From NCBI RefSeq assembly GCF_024521635.1, contig NW_026250440.1:124001-188000 (forward strand): a stretch of 64,000 nucleotides of DNA, read 5' to 3'. The notes beneath the pieces were generated by a model that saw nothing but the letters and a program-made list of their open reading frames with translations, searched no databases and was not told the origin of the DNA. Of this stretch, positions 10,596 through 23,720 are shown in pieces. This stretch comes from Tricharina praecox. Its lineage: Eukaryota. The position numbers were made by a program, and so were the translations under genes. Each line of letters begins with the position of its first letter. Position 1 is the stretch's first letter.

Positions 10596-12679
10596 CAGAA
10601 ATGTAGATACCTACACGGTAAAGACTGAAATGGGCCTGCATGTCCGCCACTTTCCACCTCTCCTCTCTTCCCTACAGGCTGACTCACCCGCTCTTCCCAC
10701 CTGCCCTCTCTCCCTTCGTTTGAAGGTTTTCTGAATCCTTTCTGTGGGGTTTGCGTGCCTTAAACCTTTTACGGCCTGAAGTCCCTATTCCCGCCAATCA
10801 AGACGGTTACCCAGAGTTCAGACACCGCCCCTACCGCGAGCTTTATCAGCCCGCGACGGGACGCTTCCCTCTCTTCCAAACCCCGCCCCTCTCTTCTCCG
10901 CTTTCCCTTTCCTCTTCCTTCCTCTCAACCTTCTTCCATCCCTCATCCCTCATCCGTCTCAGTGTCACGAGGTGTGGGTGGTTCAGCCCGTAGTTAGGCT
11001 ACGGAGTCGGTCTCCAATTCCCTATGCTCAGATTGCTCAGATTGCTCAAAGAGGGGGATGTCGTGCGGTTACCGGTAACATACGGATGAAGATCAAACAC
11101 TTGTGACTGACACACAGCGAACCGCAGGCCTTCCCTCTCGGCCCTCGGGTGTCTCCGAAATATGTTTCCACCGGCGATGCTATCGGTTGGGCAGCCTCAT
11201 CGGCGGATAAGACGTATCAACGCCGCTCGCTCCATCATCGACAGTTCGATCAGTTGCAAATACCTCAGCTGCAGTGCCTGCACAGATTGGACTTAAGACA
11301 GAAGCAATCCTCTTCCAGAAGCATGATGCTTTGATCACTGATGATGTGCGAAAGTCATGCCGATAGTTATAAGTTATCATTCACGCGTTCCCCTGCAGTG
11401 TGCCCTTTTGATGGTAAAAGGCCAATCTTGAGGAAGCGGCAGGGATGAGTTACAGCTAGCAAGATAGATCATAGCATCGCAATTATGTACAGACGGGAAA
11501 ACGGGAATCGGAGGGGTTTAACACTCACTAATACCATGTTCTCCGATCTCCCGACCTAGTCGGCATTGTTTCACTCCTGAGTCCTGACACCTACATACGC
11601 AGCGAGAAGCCTCTTTCCTCGAGCGGCATGACTCATGAGGCAAGGCTGAGTATAAGAATGGTTGATTCGGTTGAGGCCTTTCTGTCCGCTCAGCCGTGTG
11701 TTCATCGTTCTATGACCGTACCTGCTTGTCCCGAACCCGAAGTGCCACATAAATGTTTACCAAATGAGTGAGAACTTGTGATTTGGGTTCTGAAGCTCTA
11801 TGTAGGTTGGCCCATCGCTGTCCCCTCGTGCACCAGACTTTTCGCAGGTCGCTACCTATCTCTCGTTCACTCACAGCTTAGTGCACGAGCTACATAGGTA
11901 CATACCCGAGCTTCGGACGACGAAGGGTCCATTGAACATTCATGGCAAAAAGTCTGCTTCACGAGCGCTCACTCGGGAAACGTCCGAAGTCCGTACATAT
12001 CGCCATCAAATTAGCTCGCGTTGAGAAGGGTATGAAAATTGACAGTAAAGACCGGTATGGACCTGCATGCCCGCTCCTCCTGCTTCCCCCTCGCCTCTCT
12101 CCCCCGTATTCCGCCTTTTCTGGGGTTCGCACGTCCGGTACGGCCTGGCATCCCCGTCCCCGCCAACGAAGACGGTCACGTAGAAGCCCTTGCCCCGAGC
12201 TCTCTCAGTCCAGGCCGGAGCGCACCCCACATCTTTTTGCCTAACTAAGTACACAAGTACTTCGGGATTTTCTGGTTCTAGGTACGTCGAGTGACAAGTT
12301 GTGACATTCGTCGGGGCGACACCCAAAAACCAACCCCCAAACTTGGGTGAACAATACACCAAACGCTCACTATTAGTGGCTTAGCGGCTAGCTTACGAGA
12401 GGAGATTCTCCAAGCCTATGTCGTTTTGCAAGAAAGAGTGATAGTTGTGGGATCATCTCGGCCACTTTTCGCGCTTGCTTGATCCTCTCAGGATTCTCCG
12501 AGGGCACTTATACGAGCCCAGGCGGTTTGAGTATCCCGGATTATCTCTACTGGCGGACGCCTGTTGTGTTTTACCCCTCAATTTTGAACGCCATCTCCTC
12601 TATATCGCTTCGCTAGCTATCTTCAATCGATCTAAAAGGATCTTCGATTTCTCTCTCAAACAAAGTACAGGAGCTAATG

Positions 12680-12804
12680 ATACAATACTGCTCGCCATAC
12701 GCAAGCCACGCTGCCTTCCTCACGCCACCTTCTCATCAAGAAATGACACAATGCAGCTCGCCATACACAAACCACGCTGCCTTCCTCACGCCACCTTCTT
12801 CAAG
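12680..12804. repeat. tandem duplication (~66-bp period) overlapping the P450 stop codon
   Basis: GCTCGCCATAC.CAA.CCACGCTGCCTTCCTCACGCCACCTTCT occurs twice. Confidence 0.8.
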
Positions 12805-14623
12805 TTGAGAAATAATTCCTCGGCATCAGCTCGTTTCCTGAACAACAACCGGGCCTTGAGGTCCGGCAGACACGAGAATGAGAAATTCTCGCTCTGGGGT
12901 CGACCCTCTCCAGGAGATGTTCTAAACTCATAATTGCAGATCATGTACGCCAGCAGCACCTTCAGTTGCGCAGCTGCAAAAGCACGGCCGGGACTAGGGG
13001 TCTCGTCAGCTAGGATGCAATCATGGGGAAGGTGGTGCGGTTACCATGCGTGCTTTCCCCTCCCAAAAGACAGATAACCTTTCTCGGGACAAGTCAATTG
13101 ATGCTTTGCTTCGTGGCCAGGCTCCTCGCCCTCCCTCATCCTTGAAAAGCGAAACGCGTCATATTCGTCCGGATTGGCATAGTGCTGAGTTGAGCGGTTG
13201 ATTGCGCAAGCCGGTGCAACGACCCACTGACCTTTGGGAAGATACGTCCCGTCGGATAGTGTCATCGGCTTGAGAGCTTTACGCATCATAGTTGCTGAGT
13301 GGGAGAATCTGTCAGGTAGGGGACAGACGGGTCAAAGACAAGACTGACCTGTAGTAACTGGTTCGAGTCTCTGGGTCTCCTTGAGAGCGCTGTCTAATTT
13401 CTTCATTTTGATCAACGCTTCTTTAGTGAAACCTCCACATTCGACAAGCACACTCTCAATCTCATCTCGGATCGGATCTTGGAACTCTGGTCGCGCACCC
13501 AGATCGTACAGAGCTTGGATGATGCTAACGGTTGTCGTGTGGATTGCCGAAAAATCGACATACAAGATCCGTGCACAGAGTTCGTACACCGAAGTTCCAG
13601 GAGGAGAAGCCTCGAGAACCCATTGGATGCCGTCGTTCTGCAGAGAATGTTAGAATGGACTGCGAAAAGCCTGGCGCTCGAGAGGAACATGCACATACCG
13701 GTTTATCCTTCCACTCTTCCCCGGCCAATTCCTTGATCATCCTCTGACGCTCCTCAAACGCGGGTCCAAGCTTTGCGAGGAAGATACGAAGAGCCGAACT
13801 TCTCGCCACAAGGAAGTAGGCGAGAATAGCCTTGAGCATGCGCGGCGCGAGGTCAATTACGAGGCCTGCGCGTGATACGGCCTCTGATAGTTCCACCTGG
13901 CACTTGAGGTACTCTGGATCCCGGGACAGCAGCGGTCCGACTAAAACTCGGTTCGTCGTCGCGGAGATGCAGCTCAACATCGCGTGGTAGATATCGATAC
14001 GTGCCCACTCGTCGCCGATGTCGAGATTCTCGCGAGAAAGGGCCCAACATATCTTCTCCACGATATCGGGCACGACCTTGGCCAGGTGCTGAGAGAGACC
14101 TTTCCGGACTATGTCGACATGGTATGGGTTGGTGTGAATGCTGCTACTAAGAGTGTATCCTATGGAGTTGCGTTCGTTTGCCGCCGCTTGCATCGATAGT
14201 ACGCTTGGATCGGCATTCTTCAACTCGTCAAGGACGGAATCGCTTGTAGCCACCACAACCCACCGTCCTGGTGTGGATATCTTGAAAGATTTACCAGACG
14301 GTCCGTACTGTTACCATATCAGCTTAGACGATGATTCCTTGATGAATGCCAGAGTGGACGAGATACCTTGCGGACGCCACCATGAATCAATTCTCCGGAG
14401 CTTCTAACAAATTTGAGGGCTGCTATCCACGACCCTAAAGGAACTGAAGGTACTCCGAAAGACGGAGCCGTAGCCTAAGGATAAGATGAGCAACTATACT
14501 TTCCTGCTTCGGGAAGGGAGCATGAACAACTTTACATAGCTCAACACGATAGGAGTGATAGAACAGATATAGCATCAGCAAGACGGCGGGAACGGCGAAG
14601 GCATAGTTCCATGTCCCATCCAT
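12786..14623 (-). CDS. cytochrome P450 monooxygenase (ent-kaurene oxidase-like / CYP503-CYP512 type); multi-exon
   Basis: I-helix FSAIHTT, K-helix KETQR, heme motif FGRGKHA|CPGRAFA across an intron, and an N-terminal hydrophobic anchor. Subfamily is inferred. Confidence 0.9.
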
Positions 14624-15519
14624 AGCTTCAGGGAAGTATTCTGGAATAGTACTATAGTGAAGCATTCGATTGTATTTGATAGAAGAAAATCGACAATGAA
14701 AGAAAAGAGGGTCCAGCTGTGCGAGTTTATGGCGAGATGAGGATGAACAATGATGAAAAGAAATGATGGGAAGCAATGACGATAATAAAGAAAAAAAATC
14801 AGTCAACTAAACAGAAAGAGCCTCCAACGTTTGGCCCATTGAACCTGGTCTAGCCAGGTCGGCGAAATTTGGCCGCTCGTGCATCTTCTATGCCCGCTCC
14901 CAGCTCGGACTGAACCCGCTCTCAATCTGCTCTCAACCCGCTCTCAACTTGAATTATAACACCCCTGTCTGTCTGCGGTCACATCCCTGACCGAGCTGGT
15001 CTCACTGAGTCCCAGACGATTCATAACTTCTTGGCGATTGGTCTCTCTCAGGTCCGCAGCTCCAGGTATGTAGAAACGACCGCTTCAAGGCGTCGTTTCC
15101 GCTGGGTCCCACAATAGCTAGTGAACATGAAACCAAGTAAGGTACTTTCACCATGGAGCTGGAGGGCAGGAGAGTACCGCTTCAGAGCCATCGATTCCGG
15201 GCCGCACCGCTTCCTCCAAGCCTTGCCCCTCCGGCCACAGGCACGCCAACCCCAACCCCAACCGCCACCTAGGGCCGACTAATAGACTGGGACGCGGTGT
15301 GAGCCAGAGCGGAGGAAAGGGTACAGGCCGAACGGCCGGAGATCCCGGTATGCGGGGGAAGAGATGAGGCGTTAGACTGGCTAGAGGAGTTGGTTGGGGG
15401 AAGGAGCTTTGATGTGGGTTTTTGAAAGATTGATGAGCATGTCGCGCGTGCTTTCCTTTTCCTTTTGTCATATTATTTTCTTCCTTCTTACTGTCTCTCT
15501 TTCTAGGTGCGGATGGACT

Positions 15520-15640
15520 GGGCGGAGAGCAATAGGGAACCTATATCGAGCTCGCGGCCAGCGGTCGGAGACAGTGGGGTTGAACCGCAGTGTAGACAGC
15601 CATGATCTGATAAGGTCGAATGCTATGATGATGAAATAAA
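15520..15640 (+). mobile_element. diverged non-LTR retroelement 3' remnant, copy D
   Basis: GGGCGGAGAG...GACAGTGG...CATGATCTGATAAGGTCGAATGC...GAAATAAA matches the reverse complement of copies A-C. Confidence 0.6.
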
Positions 15641-16079
15641 CCCCTTCCCCAACTAACCAATCCGCTCACGGTCCGTTGGCGAGTGATAAACGATGTACTC
15701 AAGACGTGCAGAGAGAAGAGGACATCTAGTTTCACTGTGTCGAACTCCAGGTCCGGAGTGAAGAAGATGCGTATTGTATGTCGTGATTTACATAGGAAGT
15801 ATATAAGGTACGTACATAGGTCGAGTGCATTATGTTGAAGCAAAAATGGAAATCCCCAAAGGACCCCTCCGGCAATGCAGGAGGCGAGATCAGCAGAACC
15901 GAAAACCAGCCAGAAGATCACGCTACGATCGGGAGCAGCCAAACAGCTACCAGGACACGACAAAAGCACAGACCTTAGTTAGCCCTAAGCCCTAGCAGAG
16001 GCGAGAGTTCGCCGAGGCTAGTGCCCCACCGACAACTATATAATGTCCCGTTTCCCCCCCTTCTTCTTCTTTTCTCTTT

Positions 16080-16332
16080 AGCTCTCTTTGGTACGTCTTC
16101 CTCGCCCCCAACATTCAGCATTACCGAATATCCTACTAACAATTTTCCCTCTACAGCCTTTTGGCTTAGATCAAGTGTAGTATCTGTTCTTTTCAGTTTA
16201 ATATCTGAAATCCGATTATATATCGATTCTAATATTAATCTTATTTTTGAAGTCCGGGAGCTGGCCGCTGTGCTTGCGCATGTCGACTCCCACTGTGTCA
16301 CTGGTATTGCACTGTCTCCAGTTGATGCGAAC
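16080..16332 (+). ncRNA. U2: U2 snRNA gene, copy 3, with spliceosomal intron 16091..16156
   Basis: Same architecture as copy 2, offset by exactly 10500 nt. Branch site TACTAAC, loop IV ATTGCAC. Confidence 0.94.
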
Positions 16333-16807
16333 AAACTGTGTCTGCGTCTTTCATTGTCGCTCTGGCTGTATGCGAGGGGATGAGGAAAGATGTTTGAGTC
16401 GGAGAGGGTGTGGCGCGGTGCTGTGGCTGTCGTGTCCATTACCCACCGTCCCGTTGCAGTAGACAGAGACCTTCACATCGGCCAAACGCCGTCGAGATTG
16501 CCGGGCAGGGGGCTCCGTGCAGAGAGGTTTGCATTGAATCGGCTTGTGTGTGCTGAAGTTGAGCCATGGTGGTCCGGCTGTTCTCTCTTGAATATGTTGG
16601 TATTGCGGGCACAGTCCTCACCCATCACTCGTGCTTCCGTCTGGAAAAACGTCTGGAATCATAATTCTCACTACCATAGCTAGCTGACTACACCGACGGA
16701 CACAGACTCCCACAGTACCTACCGCAACCCAATCCAAACGTTACAATACTCTTATACATACATTCCCCAACTTGATAACAGCTCCCTACTACCTAGGTAG
16801 CCCAGTC

Positions 16808-17426
16808 TCAATACCCCCTCGAACTAAACAGCTCCCTCAATATCCACCTCAACGCACCCTTTCCCTTCTTCGGCTTCAGAAAAACCTTAAGATGGTTGGT
16901 CGAATAATTCGACAGCGCCTGAACGGTCGGAAATATCTTCAGCTCGATCGGCTGTCCAAGCACGAGACGCCTATCGTAATGCTCAAGGTCGTAGAGGTTG
17001 ACATGGATCCTCTGGAGCACCTACGCACACACACCCGTCAGTCCTTCATCCAACCACCAACCCCACACACGTCCCACGGAAGAGATATTTACACACCTTC
17101 TTCGCCTGCGTCTTACTCATTGGCACATTCTTCACCTCGAGTATTTCGCAGAGCCTCTGCCAATCCCAGTCCTGAACGCTTCCGCCAAAGCGAGAATTGA
17201 ACTCCTCCTCAAACGCGAGGCTGAACTGGCGGCGGACGGCGGGTTTCCCCGCCTGTTTCTGGCGGTTGCAGAGGCGCCGGTACTCGCTGGCCGCGTTGGC
17301 GCTGGTGTTGTACGTGAAGCCTGGGAAGCGCGCGAAGAAGGTGGACAGTGGGCTGAGTGAGAGCCCCGCGAGACCCGAGACGAGGTCGTCGACAGAGGAG
17401 GAGGTGGTGGTGGTGGTGGTGGACAT
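16808..17426 (-). CDS. small conserved fungal hypothetical protein, paralogue 1 (intron 17021..17096)
   Basis: ORFs 17046..17426 and 16808..17020 are joined by GTGTGT...CTGAC...TAG. Motifs FF..FP.F.Y and HVNLYDL are shared with paralogue 2. Confidence 0.75.
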
Positions 17427-17884
17427 GGTGGAAGTGGGATGGTGGGTTGTGGGTTGGGATGGGACGTGCGGCTTTGGAGGCGGGGCAAGTTTGACGGAGT
17501 ATCACTGGACGGACGGACGGGTGGGTCATTATGTAGAGAACTGGAATTGGGCAACAGGCGAGCAGTGGATTTTTGGCCATGGCGGTGGCCTCCCGTCCCC
17601 CGCCCGTGTATGGGGTAGTCACTGTCCGCGTGCAGACCCTGAGACAGAAAACTTGCACGCGAACGGGAGGCAGGGGTTCGACGACCTGGATGGTATATAA
17701 TTGCTGCGGACTTTGGAATGAAGCCGATGCTCAGCCTTGCGTGCACGACGAGGACCCTGGAGATATGTAGTAGCGTGGCAAAGAACGAGAAATAGAGAAC
17801 CATGCCCTCACGAGACCCCGAGAGGCGGTGGAATTTTCGGAAACCGTCTGGAATTATAATTCTCACCATCATAGCTGACGATAA

Positions 17885-18575
17885 CTAGGTACCGATAGAC
17901 GCAGACCCCCCCGTAATAAAAACATCCAATCCAGGCGCGGTAGTAATCTCATACATTCCTGACTCGATACTGACCTCATATCTCAGCCCGGTGGGCACGA
18001 AACAGCCCCTTAACATAAACCTCAACGCACCCTTAGCCTTCGCCTTATCCCTCGGATAAATCTTCCCTTTCTTCGAATATTTCGCCAGCTCTTTAACAGT
18101 CGCAAACCTCCTTAGGGCCGCCCTGTCGGCGTGACCAATTTCATGGAGTCTATCGTAATGCTCGAGGTCATAGATGTTGACATGGATATCTTTCACCGCC
18201 TACGCCATTCATTAGCTCTCCCTCGCTACTCCATTTGCGCGACGAGATAAGGATACGCGCCTTCCTTGCCTGCGTTATACTCGCTGGCATGGGGTCAATG
18301 TCAAGGCGTTCACACAGCCGAGTCGGATCCCAGACTTCGCCACCGCCGCCGCCGCCGAAACGGGCATTGAATTCGGCCTCGAAGGCTTCGTTGAAAGCAT
18401 CATGGGAGGCATTTTTATGCCTCTTGCACAGGCGCTTGGACTCGGTGGCAGCGTTGGCAGTGGGTTTGTAGGTAAAGTTTGGAAAGCTGGCGAAGAATTT
18501 CTCCAGGGGACTGAGTAAGAGGTCGGCGAAGCCTGGTACTAAGTTATCGACGGACGATGAGGAAGAGCTGGTCAT
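17885..18575 (-). CDS. small conserved fungal hypothetical protein, paralogue 2 (probable intron 18200..18260)
   Basis: ORFs 18168..18575 and 17885..18196. Motifs HVNIYDL and KIYPR..AKAKGALR; tandem paralogue of 16808..17426. Confidence 0.7.
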
Positions 18576-20082
18576 CGTGGAGTATCGATGTAGGGGCTGT
18601 GAGATGGGACGGTGGGATTTTGGAGCGGGAGAATGGGTGGAATGACAGAGGACTGATGGAGCTGTGGGCGATCATGCAGAAATCGGAGTCGCGATCAGCA
18701 GGCGAGCGGTGATTTGTTGACCGTGGCGGTGGCCTCCCAGTCCTCCGCCCATGTATGAGGTAGTCACTGCCTGCGTGCAGACTCTGAGACAGAAACTGGA
18801 ACCAACGGGAGGAGAGGGGTCAGAGGACCTGGGCGGCATATGGTTGGCCAGAATCGCTGTTGACCTGCGAATGAAGTCGGTGCCCAGCCTTGCGTGCATG
18901 CCGAGAACCCTGGAGATATAACAGCGTGGCAAAAGATCAAGGAATAGATAGTCCCGCTCTCGCAAAGAGGTGGGGGAAGAGGTTGAGTGTTACACCACTT
19001 CCAGCAACAATACTTGCCACTTGACGGATACATGATGGGCATGAGTTGGCTTGATTGCAGCCTCTGTAGGAGCTCGAGGCGGCCTGGCATATGGGTCCTG
19101 AGACTCACAAAAGCTCAAGCAAAAGGCACAATTCGAAGTCAGGCTCGAGCTTTGTGGTAAGATGGCGATGGCAGACACACCGCAATGTTTGAGAGCACAG
19201 CCGGGCGTCTCATCTGAGCTGCCACAGGTCTGCCAACGAAGCCCAAGATTATCTAGTCACCGTCTGTTAGTCGCTCCAATGAGTTTTTCTTTCCCCGCAC
19301 CAACAAATCCAGTCATAGTACTCACGTTGGTTGCCAATCGGCGAATACCGTGCTTCAAGCTGCCTCAATTCCGTCGCCGGTTGACTTCTTCTACAATCTG
19401 CGGCCTTGTTTGTGCATGTATGTACTCTACCCATATTCCTAGTCCAAGTCTTGTGTCACAGCCTGCAGCGCCGTTAATCTAGCCACAAGCATCACCTTGC
19501 AGACGCGCGCTTGCGCATTAGCCACAGCCACACATTCTCCCGCCCACTAGAGTACCCCCACTCCGCAGGAATGAAAATAGAGGCTGAGCCATATGCTAAG
19601 TACTCTAGTATGTCGAGTGAAACCAATAGCATTCATTTCGGGAGCTCCACAAGTTCGTGCGAACGTGAGCTCCATAAGCTGGAATGTTGCGATAACGGGC
19701 TGTCCTTAATCTTGTGGCTGGCCCGACATAGAGGCCGTGTCTTCCTTCGGGCATGCACCCGCATTCCATTGCTCAAGCGATACCAAAGTCTGCCAGCACC
19801 CGGCGATCGCGGTAAGCGTCACCGTACAAGCGCTTCTGCACGGATCACAGCCATACATTCTCCACCGTATCTTCCACTCCAAAGGAATGAAAATAGAGGC
19901 TGAACTGAGTGCACCAATAAGCCGAGCGGAAAGAGGTAATATCATGCATTCAACGCGCTCCCAAGGTATTCCGCGACATCAACACACACACTCCATCAAT
20001 TAATCAATGCCTCTCCCACCAGCTCCTCACCAAACTCCCCCACGTACTCATCATCGTCCGCATCATTGATGTACGAGGGGTA

Positions 20083-21061
20083 CTACCGTCTCGACATGGA
20101 GGTGATCATCTCCTGATGCACAGCTCTGTCCTTAATAGTTTGGCTGAGCGTGGCGACGCTCCGCAAGTCCGCAACGACGTCTTTGGCTTTGCCAAAATAG
20201 ACCTCCTCTGCGCACACGTTAGAATTGAGACTCATGTTTTGCGGAGAATTGACAGGGCATACGCAAGAGATTCCGCATCTTGAGCTCCATCTCTTCCACC
20301 AGCTTGCCAATGTTGCTGATGTGGTCGCGGTCAGCGTTGTCGACTGTCATGTCACTCTCCACCTGTCGCGTCATGTTCCCCGACAGGTCCATCTCTCCCA
20401 GGTCCTCGCCGCCGGAGACCATGTTCAAGATGACTGTGGAGGTGAGCTTGTAGTGGCATGTGCGAGAGCCATCGATGGCCTCAAACACATGGATCGAGTC
20501 CCAGGAGCCGGTACTCTTCGGCCCGGAGGCAACCGCTGAAAAACATCCGTCAGAACCATCTTCGACTCTCGGGTCCAAGCAGGATTACATTTCTTGAGCA
20601 ACACAACCCCCGCAAATCCGTCATCCAAATTCCAAAAGTAAACACTGCTCACACCACCCTCGTAGTACAGTTCACGGTAAACATCGAACGCCTGGTTTGC
20701 AGCAACCTCCATCTTCCGCAGCTTCTCGCTCGGGTAGGTGGCATCGGAAAGTGCGGGCGTGTACTCGTTGCTCCACGGAGAGCGGTAGCTATCGCCGTCG
20801 CGGTTGTAGTCGCAGAGGAGGTACTCGCGTTTTGTCTTGGCACATCGCGCCAGTTGCAGCGGTTGGTCGACGGACGAGAGGAGATCTTCAGTTAGGTCAG
20901 GGACGAGGTTGATCAGTGCTGAAAGATTGGTCGAGGTGTGTTTTGGGTTGAGACGGCGGAGGAGGTCGCTGGATTGCTGGCGTTAGCTAGCGTTTGGGCG
21001 TGCGTAAAGGCGGAGGTGCATACAGGGAGGAGTCGAAAGGATCTTGAGCGGTGGCGGACAT
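20083..21061 (-). CDS. CAP2: F-actin capping protein subunit beta; multi-exon
   Basis: [61 protein letters not shown] and [11 protein letters not shown]. Confidence 0.95.
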
Positions 21062-21336
21062 TGTGGTAATGATGATTGATTGGAGTGTTGGTGGAGGGCG
21101 GTTGATGAATAGGGATGAACGTATGTTGGCCGATTTGGAGCTCTAGGGAGAGCTGCAGGAGGTGTTGGTGGGGTTGGCGGAGCTAATACGGCGGAGGGTA
21201 ACACGGTGGGATGGTCACCCTTGCGAGGTGGGACAAAAAAGTTTGGAACTAGAGTAGGTCTGACCTCAACTCGAATTCACCCCACCATCCTCCATTGCCT
21301 TTCGATCGGCCAGACATTCCCGACTTCTAGCCGGCC

Positions 21337-22995
21337 ATGGCTTTACGGCCACCTTCGACGCTGCGCTTTACTCTGACGCCATTTCTCTACCCTCGCCTAA
21401 TCAGTCACCATGTGCCTCCTGTGCGATTCGTCGCCCAGCGGATCCAACGCTTCTCGCAGACCTGCCTCCACTACGACGAATCCGTCATCGATGACCCTGC
21501 ACTCGCCTCAACCACAAATCCCGATCATCCGCAACATCACTTCACCTCAGCGCCGTTTAGCGACTTGCGACCAGTAGCTATTGCTGCCGGCGACGGTGGC
21601 CACGGCTGCATCTCTTTCCTCCGCGAGCTTTTCATTCCGGAGGGACCGCCAAACGGCGGCTCTGGCGGTGCTGGTGGCAGTATCTACATCCAGGCGGTCT
21701 ATGGCGAGACCTCGTTGCATAAGTTGGGTCGGCAAGGGGTTATTAAAGCTGGCAATGGGTCCAACGGGCGGGGCAGCAATCTTGGTGGAAGGCGGGGGGA
21801 TGACGTGGTGATCCGGGTGCCGGTCGGGACGATAGTTCGGGAGATATCGAGATGGGACCCCGATGACAAGGAGGAGATGGAGGAAGGAACGCACGGAGAA
21901 AATGATAAATGGACGCACTACCCACAAGCTGTCGAACACAACTTAAGGGATCCTCACTTCGTTTCGGCGGAATACCCAATAAACCACCACAAGAGCGCGA
22001 GTCAGTTGCTCAAGCAAACGCACCCTACACGAGTGTTCTTGGATCTGGATAAACCATCGCCGCAACCAATATTGCTTATTCCCGGATCCCCCGGCGGTCT
22101 CGGAAACCCTCACTTCATCACACCCACCGTGCGCCGGCCCAAGTTCGCAACAAAGGGAAATAAGGGCGCAAAGATGAAGCTCTTACTGGAACTGAAAGTG
22201 CTCGCAGACGTAGGGCTAGTCGGCCTTCCCAACGCTGGAAAATCCTCCTTTCTCCGAGCCGTATCTGGTCGCAAAGCGCGGGTGGGCGAATGGGCATTTA
22301 CCACGCTCACGCCAAACATTGGAACGATCGTGATGGCAGATAAGGACCTTCCAGCGCACGTCACAGAAGGCGAAGACCAGCTTCAACCCCGCTTCACAAT
22401 CGCCGACATTCCAGGTCTGATCGCGGACGCGCACATGAACAAGGGTCTCGGCCACGGGTTCCTCCGACATGTGGAGCGTGCCCGCGTCCTCGCTTTCGTG
22501 CTGGATTTGAATCGGCCTGATCCTGTTGCGGACCTCGAGTCGCTGTGGGCGGAGGTCATCGCCTACGAAGAGGGCGCGGATAACCTCGAGGGTACGGGAA
22601 TGATGGCGGAGATGGGCGGCGACTACGTCAGTGAAGAGAATAGGCAGAATCTTCATCCCGAGCTCAAAAGCAAACTAGCCCCAGAGGAGGAGGAAGAGTT
22701 GGTGACATTCACCGGCATTGTGCCTGGATGGGGCTCGCTCGCAGCGCAAGAGCAGGCGCCGGCCGGTGAAGTAGCGCGCAAGAGGGAAAAGATGAGCACC
22801 AAGCCGTGGTTCGTGATCGCCAATAAGGCGGATCTCGAGGGAACAGAGGAGAAATATTGGGCGCTAAAACAGCATCTGGAGGCGAAGGCAGCTCGCGGAG
22901 ATGGAGAGGAGATAGGGTTGATACCGATGAGTGCGCTGCGGGAGGAAGGAGTGGATGGGGCTGTTGAGTGGATGAAGGGCATGTTAGGCTTCTAG
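21337..22995 (+). CDS. MTG2: mitochondrial Obg-family GTPase
   Basis: Gly-rich Obg domain, G1 GLPNAGKSS, FTTLTP, G3 DIPG, GLGHGFLRHVER, G4 NKAD; N-terminus resembles a mitochondrial presequence. Confidence 0.92.
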   Translation: MALRPPSTLRFTLTPFLYPRLISHHVPPVRFVAQRIQRFSQTCLHYDESVIDDPALASTTNPDHPQHHFTSAPFSDLRPVAIAAGDGGHGCISFLRELFIPEGPPNGGSGGAGGSIYIQAVYGETSLHKLGRQGVIKAGNGSNGRGSNLGGRRGDDVVIRVPVGTIVREISRWDPDDKEEMEEGTHGENDKWTHYPQAVEHNLRDPHFVSAEYPINHHKSASQLLKQTHPTRVFLDLDKPSPQPILLIPGSPGGLGNPHFITPTVRRPKFATKGNKGAKMKLLLELKVLADVGLVGLPNAGKSSFLRAVSGRKARVGEWAFTTLTPNIGTIVMADKDLPAHVTEGEDQLQPRFTIADIPGLIADAHMNKGLGHGFLRHVERARVLAFVLDLNRPDPVADLESLWAEVIAYEEGADNLEGTGMMAEMGGDYVSEENRQNLHPELKSKLAPEEEEELVTFTGIVPGWGSLAAQEQAPAGEVARKREKMSTKPWFVIANKADLEGTEEKYWALKQHLEAKAARGDGEEIGLIPMSALREEGVDGAVEWMKGMLGF

Positions 22996-23720
22996 ATAGT
23001 AAGCAGTGGAGCAATTGAGTCAAGAAAAGACTTTGGCAGGTGGATAGCCGGATTACTAGGCAAGAATGAATGAGCAAAGTACAGAGTGCCCGCCGTGGTG
23101 CTAAAAAGTGATCTGGTACCCTTTACGTTATGCAATACTCTCACCAGCCACAACAATGCTGCAGAAAAAATAGTGCATCAACGCAATGATGTCTATGTAA
23201 CATGAAAGAAAGTGGGGTGGAAAAAGAATGTACCCGAGATATTCAATGCACCTAGTATTGCAGAATTGTTGAATGACCAATTTATTTCCAGTTGCGCGGA
23301 GTGAATAGCACAGACCAGATAAGTGGAAGCTTGAGGTATGAAAGCTACTAACTCGCTATGGACACACCTTCAAATTGATTGACTCGAGTCGTCAGGTTTT
23401 TGTTTGTTTTTCACGTGGCCTTAGTGTGGCTAGTGAGGGCATCGCGTAACGTGGAGGGAGGGAACCGGATAACTTTTTAGGCCAAGCCTCCAGCTAGTAA
23501 AAGTTCTTGCATTAGCGCAGCAACCTTGTGTCGACCTCGCCCTTGAATATCAGTCAGAACGTAACCAGATCCATCCTTCTTTTTCAACACATCCTCATCA
23601 CCACCAACCACCAACACCAGCGCCGCCAACGCCACCCTACGACACCGCGAAAACCGTCACCGTCGCACCCCACCCCGCACACCCTTCACAAACCCGACCG
23701 TCGCGCTCCACCACGAAAAA

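Noticed and set aside
11681..11698. GTCCGCTCAGCCGT resembles part of fungal 5S rRNA
   Set aside because: Only ~14 nt match and the flanks do not continue the 5S sequence.
3305..14623. Possible metabolic cluster of hmgA, FAD oxidase and P450
   Set aside because: No backbone synthase and no fahA, maiA or hppD nearby; the genes are separated by repeat debris.
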